Shown here piece by piece: positions 54,807 through 63,050 of a stretch of DNA of 63,188 nt. The notes under the pieces were generated by a model, which was not told the DNA's origin, did no database searches, and saw only the letters and a list, made by a program, of their open reading frames with translations. Both the position numbers and the translations under genes were made by a program. The stretch's first letter is position 1, and every line of letters begins with the position of its first letter. Where the stretch lies: positions 1 through 63,188 of the IMG/VR virus record IMGVR_UViG_3300013026_000023, one strand, 5' to 3'. This stretch comes from a virus. Its lineage: Duplodnaviria; Caudoviricetes.

Positions 54807-55581
54807 GCGGGATATCACGATCCACCATGGTGCACCCTTGCGCCTTGATTTCTTTGTTGAGCGAGGTGCCCCAATTAACATTGTTAGCACCACACCAGGC
54901 AACCCCACAGAGATTAGAACCGCAACTCCACACGGTCTGAATACTGGGAACTACGTCAATATTCGCAAACGAGATTCTACGCCAATTATTGTCGGCAACT
55001 ACAAAGTCTCCCTGATCGACGACTACCGCTTCTCCATACCACTGATCACAGGCAAAGCAGGAATTGGTGGAATCATCTATAAGCCTGTGAATATATTTGG
55101 CTATAGTTTCTGGGGGCAGGTGGGACACCGCTACCAAGGTGAGCTTAGCAGGCCCGGTGCTACTTGCACCATCGCAGCGGGAAGCAGCACGGTGTTGGTC
55201 GAAAACCTTAATCCTGCAGACATCAAGCCAGGAGATAACTTTACCTGCCCCAGGGCGGGGATTTACTCTGTTAGGGTATTATCCGTGTTTAAGGCAACCC
55301 AACCTCGCACACAAATCATCACCATTAGTCTTGCATCTATCCACACGGTGGTGGACGCAGACTGCTCTTTCTCGTCCAACCCCTTGGCCACATTTTCTTT
55401 TGAGGTTGCGGCGCTCTCCGGTAGATTCACAGCCAAGCTTATGCCCCATGAAACAGACCCGCTACCCATAAATGGCGATCGCATACTTTACTACGACATC
55501 TTTGCCTCCATCAACGGCGGTACTCAGCAGAAGTTGGTGCATGGCAAAGCGCTCTTGAAACCAAGTGTTACGGGGATTTAG
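54799..55581 (+). CDS. BppU-like tail protein with inserted beta domains
   Basis: DITIHHGA, NP..I.T..PHGL.TG..V.I, YYDI......KLV.G...L.P.VT. Confidence 0.5.
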   Translation: MFERDITIHHGAPLRLDFFVERGAPINIVSTTPGNPTEIRTATPHGLNTGNYVNIRKRDSTPIIVGNYKVSLIDDYRFSIPLITGKAGIGGIIYKPVNIFGYSFWGQVGHRYQGELSRPGATCTIAAGSSTVLVENLNPADIKPGDNFTCPRAGIYSVRVLSVFKATQPRTQIITISLASIHTVVDADCSFSSNPLATFSFEVAALSGRFTAKLMPHETDPLPINGDRILYYDIFASINGGTQQKLVHGKALLKPSVTGI

Positions 55582-55583
55582 CA

Positions 55584-56681
55584 GTGCTTCCAGATGATGA
55601 AATCACACTAAGGGTCGAAGACTTCAATACCTTTGCCACATTTGATGGGACAGGTAAGAGCTATGGGTCTACGACGCTGCCGAATACCTGGTTAGGCGCC
55701 AACTATTTTAGGGCTGGTGCATTCGGTACGACTCGCCCAGTGGCCACCAGTACCGACGAATTCGCCACCATGCGCTGGGTTCACAATCTATTGGGCGCAA
55801 AGAATCGCACTGGCTTTTTTACTGAGGTCCACACCGATGAACTGACAGTTGGCATTTCCCAGACTGGCCATAATATCGCCACATTCCGCAACAGGAACCC
55901 TATACCCTCAGAGAGTGGCGTCATGCTCAACTTTCAGGGCTTTAGGGATATTGATCCGAGCCATTCTATAGCACGCATCACGGTCAATGCCCTGCCCAGT
56001 AGCGCTGGTAATTTAGCCCATGCAGGCAGCATGAGTTTCTTCACAACAGGGGCTGACTACGTCCTCCGAGAGGGTATGCGGCTAGATGAGAAGCGAGACC
56101 TCAGCGTGTTTGGCAACCTCGGCATCGGCGCTAACAGGTTTATTAGATTCATCCCTGGTGGCACAGAGCCTAAGAGGGTTGAGCTATTTGATGGCTACTA
56201 CTTCGGTATACAGAACGCTGGTGTTTTTCTGCGCACCGCCGCCAACTTTGCAATTCACCTCCGGGGAACCCCTACTGCTGGAGTCCTTGATCCAGGGCCT
56301 GATGGAGAAAGACTATTCCACATCACACCTGCAGGCGCCTACTACAGAGATGCCAGGCTTGCTACTGAAGCCTATGCCCAAGAAGAATACACCAGAGATG
56401 TCGAAAAAGGCTGGGTGCGACTACCCGGTGGCATGATATACGCCTTTGGTAGCATAGTGAAGACGCTCAACGTCAATGGCGATGCCACAGTCTTTTACTC
56501 CAAGCCCTTTCCTGGGGGCGTGACTACGGTAGTTGTTTCCAATGGCGATGGCGTTGGCGTCCCTGCGGAGACTGTATTATCGACGCGGCCACCACTAGCA
56601 AGAGATGCCTTTGCCATTCGCGCCCGTCCTTTTAGCTCAGGGCAGACCTTAAGGGTCAACTATGTAGCTTTTGGGTATTAG
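55584..56681 (+). CDS. Tail fibre / receptor-binding protein (gp53-like C-terminus)
   Basis: GWVRLPGG.I..FG.....V.Y.KPFP...NYVAFGY; MRLDE.....V.G. Confidence 0.7.
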   Translation: MLPDDEITLRVEDFNTFATFDGTGKSYGSTTLPNTWLGANYFRAGAFGTTRPVATSTDEFATMRWVHNLLGAKNRTGFFTEVHTDELTVGISQTGHNIATFRNRNPIPSESGVMLNFQGFRDIDPSHSIARITVNALPSSAGNLAHAGSMSFFTTGADYVLREGMRLDEKRDLSVFGNLGIGANRFIRFIPGGTEPKRVELFDGYYFGIQNAGVFLRTAANFAIHLRGTPTAGVLDPGPDGERLFHITPAGAYYRDARLATEAYAQEEYTRDVEKGWVRLPGGMIYAFGSIVKTLNVNGDATVFYSKPFPGGVTTVVVSNGDGVGVPAETVLSTRPPLARDAFAIRARPFSSGQTLRVNYVAFGY

Positions 56682-56686
56682 CTGAT

Positions 56687-56970
56687 AGCCGGGAAGCCCC
56701 CGCGCTCTACCAGCAAAGGTGAGCGCGGGATGAAAGGCGCGTTTGTTGAGTGGGATTTCTCCTGCGGAGACGCTACGCGAACGATTGCAGATAGGGTGCA
56801 TAGCTGCCCCACCTGCAATCTGTTTCTCTGTCGAGATTGGAACGCTGCAATTAATATTAAGAAAAAGGCTGTGGGACGCACAGTCTATGCTCTCAGAGGC
56901 GACCGGGATGCCGAGCCTGTGAAGAGAGAAGCCCGCGCTCTATGCAGAGCATGAGCGTCGGGTATGTCAC
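56687..56970 (+). mobile_element. tnpB: Internally deleted IS200/IS605-family element (both end hairpins + 3' fragment of tnpB)
   Basis: Two related subterminal hairpins GAAGCCC(CC)GCGCTCTA..TGAGCG..GGG; fragment RVHSCPTC.L.LCRDWNAAINI (TnpB Zn finger and RuvC-III); ends at TCAC; left boundary approximate. Confidence 0.8.
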
Positions 56971-57764
56971 AGACCACACAATCCCGCGCATTCGGCATCA
57001 AACCCATCAAACAGACTACCCTGGTCAACCACAGCCTCTGCTAGGGGCTTGCAGGAGCGGTGCAAGTAAACAGGCCTTTCTGCTCCAGCAGCAGTGCAAT
57101 TGCGATGTTGCTCATCATAGGCGCAGGCTTTGGCAAATTCCTGCGGCTGGTTTCGTTTTATCTCAGCCCAATCGCCAATATATGGGCAGAAGAAACAGCG
57201 AGACTTGGGTGGCCTTACCCCATGCTCTAGGCAGTAGCTATAACACCTGGTGCGATTCCACCCCAGCTCAATCAGGGGGTAAACATTGTCAATTAATTTG
57301 GTCTTGTTTGTGGTCATGCGGCTAGCCTCGTCGATGCTGATGCCCAGCCAGAGGGCCACAGAGCGGGATATCCCTTTCCTACCCGGCGCGAGTCCTATTG
57401 CCTGCCTGATTGATCGCTCAATCGGCGCAATCTTGTATTCTCTTGTACACTGCCGCCGCAGCATCCCCACGCTGCCATCTCGATTGGTGGTGAAGAAGGG
57501 GATAGGAGGGAAACCATCTCTCGGCTCCAGAATGGAACCATTGCTAACTACGGTTATCGGCAACGGCGACCAGTGCTGTACTTGTTCAAGATGCTGGTAA
57601 ACGTTTGCTGGCTCCGCGCCTGTGTCTGCAAAATAGACAGAGTCAGGAAGGTGTCCAACAGCGTCAATCAGCAACTCTGGGTTGTGTTTGATCAGCAGCA
57701 GTAGCGCGGTAGACTGCACACCAGCGCCAAAACTGAAGGCGCGGTGAATATAGTTGTTTTTCAT
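56967..57764 (-). CDS. PAPS-reductase-like adenine nucleotide alpha-hydrolase with Cys clusters
   Basis: SFGAGVQS PP-loop, FADTG.E, RQCT..YKI.PI, GIS.DE..R, YPLI, PPKSRCFFCPY, ECAGLCG. Confidence 0.8.
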   Translation of the reverse strand: MKNNYIHRAFSFGAGVQSTALLLLIKHNPELLIDAVGHLPDSVYFADTGAEPANVYQHLEQVQHWSPLPITVVSNGSILEPRDGFPPIPFFTTNRDGSVGMLRRQCTREYKIAPIERSIRQAIGLAPGRKGISRSVALWLGISIDEASRMTTNKTKLIDNVYPLIELGWNRTRCYSYCLEHGVRPPKSRCFFCPYIGDWAEIKRNQPQEFAKACAYDEQHRNCTAAGAERPVYLHRSCKPLAEAVVDQGSLFDGFDAECAGLCGL

Positions 57765-57770
57765 TCCCCC

Positions 57771-57810
57771 ATTGTACCCTATGGGGAGAGAATGTCAACA
57801 CTTTTGTCAA
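57771..57810 (-). promoter_or_regulatory. Tandem TTGACA promoter with TACAAT, probably leaderless
   Basis: TTGACAaaagtgTTGACAttctctccccatagggTACAAT-6nt-ATG. Confidence 0.6.
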
Positions 57811-60194
57811 TATGAGTCATTACCTGTAACTGACCTGAGGTCCGCGATATCAAACTCGCCCCTTAGCTGCCTCTGGTTGAACAGACACTCGCCCTCAAAG
57901 ATGTGGATTGGGCTGATCTGGAATTGATGCCCATCTGGATCATAATCTACCCAGAGGAGGCCATTCTGCCAGTCGTTGAAATTGGACTGTGCAGGTACAA
58001 TACCATCCAATCGGCAAATACAGCCCGGTGAGGCGGCCACCCTGGTTGCAATGCCTCGCCTGGTTCTCGATGTGCGATAGAGCATCTCCATGCGGTGAAT
58101 GTGGCCGTAGATGGTCGAATGACTGGCATCCTGGAGAATCGCCCAACCAGTTTCCCCGCTGCGGCTTTTGGCTTTAGTACCATGAATGCACAGCAACTCC
58201 TGGTTTAACCACACCTCACCATTGGGGTATGGCCCGTGGTATTGTATGTCCAGATGTTCCAAGCCCAGCAAGAAGGGTATAGACATCACGGGATGGAATT
58301 GGGGTTGGTTGGCGGGCTTGAGGCCATAGGAGGCGACGAGGTTGGCTGTAATGGCTTTAGTGAGGCGGCAATTGCCAGCAATAGTTACTTTGCCCTTGCG
58401 GCGACTAATCACGGTATCATCTACGGTTTCTAGACACCATACACGCCCTTTGTAGGGAACTCTAGTTAAATGAGTTTCGGATCTGTCTAAGCAAATGGTT
58501 TCCCCTTTGGAGATATTAAGCCTAAAATGGCTGGAGCGATATTCTGCTAGCGAGGCACGATATCCATGCAGGATACACGCGGCTTGTAACTGTCCCATCT
58601 TATCTCCTGGACCATAGGCCATCCAGGCATTGCTTGGGTTAGATTTATGCCGTAACCCATCGCAGTCTATGTAGCTACTCAGAAAAGCCTCGAACAGCGG
58701 CTGAGAGGCAGTTAGCACCCAAGGCGGTATTGAGTTGCGGTCTTTCGGATAAAGGTGAGATATGACTTCTCTGCCTTCAGCCCCTACACGAAACTCAACG
58801 CCGGGCTCTGGGTCTGACTTCAGCTTCTTCCCGCATATCTCAGTAGTTTCCCGATAGCGAGTCTTCTCGACATAGGGAACTCTCATCCGATCTAGTAGCT
58901 CGCGAATTAAATGTGCTTTTGACTTGCGCTGATATAACACGACATAGCCATGCCTTGTTATATAAGAGTCTGTACACAGCCAGGTTGTTAATCTAGCCTC
59001 ATCCTCGCTTAAATCGTTCTCAGCAGATACGACAGACCCAGCGACAGGCAAGGCTAATCGATTCTGTCCAAAATAGATATCTTTAACTTCATTTATTTTC
59101 CAGCTCTTACCCTGAGATGACTTCCAAAGCAATCTATGCCCCTCGGTAATCAGCAAATCAGAGTGACTGCCCTGAATGTTGATTAGTTCGCCATTGAATT
59201 GCCTCTCTATTTTGCCCAATGCCTTTTCGAAGCGAATTTGCTTGGTGTAGCGATTGTAAGAGGCAACCCTATCTGTGGGCTTGTATTCATCAATTCCCAC
59301 CCAGCCGCGCTCGGTCAACAGCTCGGTATCTTCGGAAAAACATTCGTGGTTCCCAGCAATATAATCCTGCATCGCATGGGGAGCCAGAGACCTCACCTTA
59401 GCCAGCAGGTAGCCCAGCTCATCGATTGCTGCCTGGGTATTAAATCGCATCTCAGGCGATGTTAGGTATTTACTGGAGAAATCCGGTAGGTCCAGGTTGT
59501 CTCCCAAGTAAATAATCCTATCTGGCTGCCTATCCTGCACAATCTGAAAGATTAAGTCCCAGCAGCGGCGATCATGGAATGGGTCTAGCTTGCCGCTCTT
59601 GAGGTCTCTAGAGTAGCCCACATGGGCATCAGGGATAATCAATGCGGTGGCTAGAGCATTGGTACTGAGCTTGCTAGTTTTCTTGGTCGAGCTACCGATA
59701 TAAAACAGGGCGGGGCGAATCTCTGGAAACTCAGTAACAACCGCCACTTTCCTGACCAACCAGGCTTTTACCTGCCACAGGGGGATTACCCTTATCTCTC
59801 CATCCCTGCCCTTAGAGCCCTGGGCCCATTTGTTGATCACATGTCGCTCAATCTGCCAGACATCCAGATCAATGTTGCACTTGGCAACTAAATCATCCAG
59901 GGTGCGCAAGCTAGCCGAATCCCACTCAGCAGTGGCTGTATTGCCATTATCCCAGAACTCGGTCTTCTCTTCCCTCTCAAAAGGATCTAGCAGCTTTGCC
60001 TTGGGCTTAGTCTCTGCTGGTTGTGATGCGGGAGCTACATACCCTAGCGATCGCAGGTACTCCTGAAACTCAAAATGATTCTTCCAGCGGCGAATCTTGC
60101 GCTCGTTGACGCCAACCTCTCTAGCGATCCTAGGGGTCGACCACCCTCTGACTAGCAGCTCGGCGACCTGCTTGTGTTGCTCTGTAAGTACCAC
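57807..60194 (-). CDS. HTH + calcineurin-like metallophosphoesterase containing an intein
   Basis: N-terminal HTH; PDAH, LGD..D, GNHE, IHG, GHIH motifs. Confidence 0.85.
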   Translation of the reverse strand: MVLTEQHKQVAELLVRGWSTPRIAREVGVNERKIRRWKNHFEFQEYLRSLGYVAPASQPAETKPKAKLLDPFEREEKTEFWDNGNTATAEWDSASLRTLDDLVAKCNIDLDVWQIERHVINKWAQGSKGRDGEIRVIPLWQVKAWLVRKVAVVTEFPEIRPALFYIGSSTKKTSKLSTNALATALIIPDAHVGYSRDLKSGKLDPFHDRRCWDLIFQIVQDRQPDRIIYLGDNLDLPDFSSKYLTSPEMRFNTQAAIDELGYLLAKVRSLAPHAMQDYIAGNHECFSEDTELLTERGWVGIDEYKPTDRVASYNRYTKQIRFEKALGKIERQFNGELINIQGSHSDLLITEGHRLLWKSSQGKSWKINEVKDIYFGQNRLALPVAGSVVSAENDLSEDEARLTTWLCTDSYITRHGYVVLYQRKSKAHLIRELLDRMRVPYVEKTRYRETTEICGKKLKSDPEPGVEFRVGAEGREVISHLYPKDRNSIPPWVLTASQPLFEAFLSSYIDCDGLRHKSNPSNAWMAYGPGDKMGQLQAACILHGYRASLAEYRSSHFRLNISKGETICLDRSETHLTRVPYKGRVWCLETVDDTVISRRKGKVTIAGNCRLTKAITANLVASYGLKPANQPQFHPVMSIPFLLGLEHLDIQYHGPYPNGEVWLNQELLCIHGTKAKSRSGETGWAILQDASHSTIYGHIHRMEMLYRTSRTRRGIATRVAASPGCICRLDGIVPAQSNFNDWQNGLLWVDYDPDGHQFQISPIHIFEGECLFNQRQLRGEFDIADLRSVTGNDSY
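58371..59342 (-). mobile_element. 324-aa intein with degenerate LAGLIDADG domain after GNHE
   Basis: CFSEDTELLT.RGW start, ITEGHR block B, VWCLET...TIAGN|C end. Confidence 0.88.
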
Positions 60195-60214
60195 TTTGTC
60201 CTACCTTAATGGGG

Positions 60215-60242
60215 AAAGAAAAACCCTAGCAGAATACTAGGG
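60215..60242 (-). terminator. Rho-independent terminator after the M15 endolysin
   Basis: CCCTAG-7-CTAGGG followed by TTTTTCTTT on the minus strand. Confidence 0.6.
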
Positions 60243-60250
60243 CGCAAGCA

Positions 60251-60988
60251 TCAGAATCCGTAACTCCAGCGGGCCTCGTAGCCCCTAGCGTCGATATGGG
60301 TAAAGGGGCTAGCGCTGGCTAAACCTCCTCTAGCCCCGTACCACTCATTCAGCAGAGAATAGACCTTGTAGGGATGAATAGTTGGGTGGCGAAAGTCTAC
60401 TGCGCTGCCTAGGATGTGCTGGCTATAGCGGGCTCCTCCCACTCGCTGGTTGGTGACCCTATCTCGATACCAGCTATTGATGGTTAGTGGACGTCCACCC
60501 AGGCGATCGCGTACCTCTTCCATGACGCGAGCAATCTTGATGATGCCATTAACCACACTCTTATCTTCAGGGATTCTAGAGCCATTGTGAGTCGCCTCAG
60601 CCCAGGTGAAATGCCCTTCAGGTATGATTGGGTCTCCCAAGTAAAAACGGCTCGTGTGGCCAGGCAGGAGGATGAATCTGCCCCTCTCTATTACCTCAGG
60701 GGGGACATCCTGCGGTTTGTTATCTCGTGTATTGCCAAATTCTTTTATGTGACCCTTATAGACGTAGAAGGTGTTGCGTCCATTGAATCTAGAGGCATCA
60801 TCCAGTCGTAGGGCTGCCTTTACATGGGTATCTCCGCTCAGGTCAATACTGTGTACCTTGAACTTTTCCCCCTCTTCGACGGGAAACTTCTCCCTGTCGC
60901 TCAGATCAGACGCCTGCTCAGGCGAGAGCTTAAACCAGGTGTCGTGAACAATATCTAGGAATTTCACAGAAAACCTCCGGGAAGCCAC
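60251..60988 (-). CDS. Peptidase M15A endolysin with cyanobacterial-type N-terminal domain
   Basis: INSWYR...N..VGGA..SQH..G.AVD, FTHIDARG; N-terminal DT.FKLSP.Q.SDL. Confidence 0.85.
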   Translation of the reverse strand: MASRRFSVKFLDIVHDTWFKLSPEQASDLSDREKFPVEEGEKFKVHSIDLSGDTHVKAALRLDDASRFNGRNTFYVYKGHIKEFGNTRDNKPQDVPPEVIERGRFILLPGHTSRFYLGDPIIPEGHFTWAEATHNGSRIPEDKSVVNGIIKIARVMEEVRDRLGGRPLTINSWYRDRVTNQRVGGARYSQHILGSAVDFRHPTIHPYKVYSLLNEWYGARGGLASASPFTHIDARGYEARWSYGF

Positions 60989-61258
60989 GCCGTTTTAACG
61001 GCAGTGGAGGGATAGAAGTAGTTGCCGTTCCTCCTGCATACACAAGTCAAACCTGCCACCAGTGTTTGCACATTGGTCTGAGGTCTGATAAGTCCTTCAA
61101 GTGTGGCAACTGTCATTGGTCTGGGGATGCTGATTTGAACGGAAGTTTGATGATTCAGTTATTGGGGCAGAATGTAAGGCTGCCTGTAGGTCCCTGGTTA
61201 TCTTGCGAGATAGCTGGAGGGCTAATGAAAGCTGCGGCATTTTAATGCCAGCAGAACC

Positions 61259-61486
61259 TTACAGCGGCATCCCCTCGTCGCGGCTGGATATCTCAGCGTT
61301 TTCGATATTCCGCACATTCGTTGTCGATCTAGCGGTTGGGGCTTGGGTGGCAAAACCAATTAGACCCCCGCCGACCAACAGGGCATAATCCTTAAAGGCA
61401 TCCTTGTCTCTGGCATAATCAAGGCTCCAAAGTAGGATACCGAAGAAGCTTAGCAGGACGGCGGTGGGCCAAGGAATGGACGACAC
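61259..61486 (-). CDS. small 2-TM membrane protein (holin-like)
   Basis: two hydrophobic segments; next to holin and endolysin. Confidence 0.5.
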   Translation of the reverse strand: MSSIPWPTAVLLSFFGILLWSLDYARDKDAFKDYALLVGGGLIGFATQAPTARSTTNVRNIENAEISSRDEGMPL

Positions 61487-61695
61487 TACTTGAACTTAAC
61501 CTCTTCTTCTTTTAGCGGAACGACGTAGCCGATCGCAAAAGTAATCAGGGTGGTTATAGCAGCAGCAGCTTCAGCGGGTAACTGGACATCGACAAAGGTG
61601 CTTAAACCCCAGACGACTAGAGAGGTGATAGCACCAGCGATGCCAGCGTATCCAACTTTAGAAATCGGTAGGGCAGACAGTAATTGTAGGGCCAT
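61486..61695 (-). CDS. Holin (2 TM)
   Basis: KV..AG.AGA...LVVW.L......LP.E.AAAITTL..FA.GY..P. Confidence 0.7.
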   Translation of the reverse strand: MALQLLSALPISKVGYAGIAGAITSLVVWGLSTFVDVQLPAEAAAAITTLITFAIGYVVPLKEEEVKFK

Positions 61696-61734
61696 GGCAG
61701 TTTTGCTCTTTCAGCAACTTCACCTCCATTGTAG

Positions 61735-62037
61735 CTAATGATATTTGTGGACGCGCACCACTTGCGTTGTCCTTGCCCCATCAGGTTGCTTGTATCCTGC
61801 CTGGATCAGCAGAGAGGATATCCTGGGCTCATTCCACAGGAAGAAGGGAGTTCCATCCCTGAGAGGCGTCGGAGTACAGAACTGATGCTCTATCGCGATC
61901 TTGGTTGGCTTGCCATTGGGAGTTCTCAGGCCCATCTTCTTGAGTTCCTCCCCAACCTCGATGGCGCTGATACCAAACTGCTCTCCAATCGCGGTTTGGC
62001 TCTTCCACTTGTCTTTAAATCTGCGCTTCTTGCTCAT
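61735..62037 (-). CDS. small basic HTH-like protein
   Basis: SQTAIG.QFG.SA..VG..L...GLR...GKPT..A. Confidence 0.55.
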   Translation of the reverse strand: MSKKRRFKDKWKSQTAIGEQFGISAIEVGEELKKMGLRTPNGKPTKIAIEHQFCTPTPLRDGTPFFLWNEPRISSLLIQAGYKQPDGARTTQVVRVHKYH

Positions 62038-62069
62038 GCAGCAATTGTATCTTTTTGTGCTATGCTAGT

Positions 62070-62590
62070 ACCGTTCTGGATCAATCACCCAGGTTGGTTG
62101 CAATACCAAGGCTTAGCATGCGGATTGAGTTCCATGGTCATGTCGGACAACAAGAGACCCTTGAAGTCTTAAGTCTTTTGCAACAGGGTTCAGAGCCTCC
62201 GCGGGATAGTGTCTGGGGCTGTAATCCCGTAGGCGACGAGGCGACAACTCAGGGCAATACTCTGAATAGCCTTTCGACTAATCCGAGCCAGCGCTGCCTA
62301 GAAAAGCAGACATTGAAGGAGGCTCGGAAGCAGTAGCCCGGTGGTGGACCGAAAAAGAATCTGAGGCTGAATCTGCCCGCTGTAAAAAGCCTGGTAGGTG
62401 AGCCAAAGAGGGGGAGCGGTCTAAATTCAGCAAACGAGTCCCGTACACAGAGCAGCCACCCGGTAGACAACCTTCTCTCTTCCAAGAGCACTTGGGTTCA
62501 AGAGATTAAATACCAACCTAGGGGTGCAGTGAAAGCCTGCAGAATGAGCATAGTCTAAGTATGTGCGTAGGAGCAATACATACAAGACTC
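62070..62590 (+). ncRNA. Candidate large structured RNA with group I intron-like core elements
   Basis: No credible ORF; upstream extended -10 TGCTATGCT; many nested helices; GACTA/TAGTC P7-like pair; AATCCCGTAGG Q-like motif. Confidence 0.5.
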
Positions 62591-62675
62591 TCTCCTAGGA
62601 CTCCTCAGCTCTAATCTAGAGCAATCCACCTCCCAACAGGAGATACATCCTGAGGAGGCCTTCCGGAGATCCACT

Positions 62676-62729
62676 CCAGAGTGTTAAGCCTGGTACCTCC
62701 CAACCAGAGTGTTAAGCCTGGTACCTCCC
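62676..62729. repeat. 26-bp direct repeat x2
   Basis: CCAGAGTGTTAAGCCTGGTACCTCCC at 62676 and 62704. Confidence 0.9.
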
Positions 62730-62995
62730 TAGAGTGGAAGCTGAAGACAGATTCCGGAACTTCCAGAGGCTCTGGTGCAGGTCTAGGCCAGCCCAGGCGG
62801 GAAGCGAAAGCGGAGCCGCTGGGGAGGAGCGCCACAAAAGCGCGGAGGGGACACCAGCAGGGGGCGAAGCGAAAGCTGGGAGCCGGGACACGAGGGAACC
62901 GAGGGGGGGGAGTTGGCCGAGGGTATGTTTAAAAAAAAAGGAAGGCTGCGGGGGGCTAACTCGAAGTCGTTATGAGTACGGGTCACTGGGGGCTC

Positions 62996-63024
62996 TTGAC
63001 ATTTGGGTAGGACAAGGCTATGCT
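62996..63024 (+). promoter_or_regulatory. sigma70-type promoter TTGACA-17-TATGCT
   Basis: followed by AGGAG RBS and ATG 63051. Confidence 0.7.
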
Positions 63025-63050
63025 GGGGAAGCCCAATAGGAGATGCCAGT

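Noticed and set aside
56730-56954. 74-aa ORF as a functional TnpB
   Set aside because: Only the Zn finger and RuvC-III remain; it is a fragment.
60960-61240. Two ~50-codon minus-strand ORFs between the holin-like genes and the endolysin (spanin candidates)
   Set aside because: No lipobox, TM segment or clear RBS; cannot be supported.
531-61738. Numerous antisense or overlapping 60-170 aa ORFs in the track
   Set aside because: Shadows of longer genes with recognisable motifs on the other strand or frame.
62521-62545. GTGAAAG hairpin as group II intron domain V
   Set aside because: No AGC/CGC catalytic triad or lower stem, and no RT/maturase.
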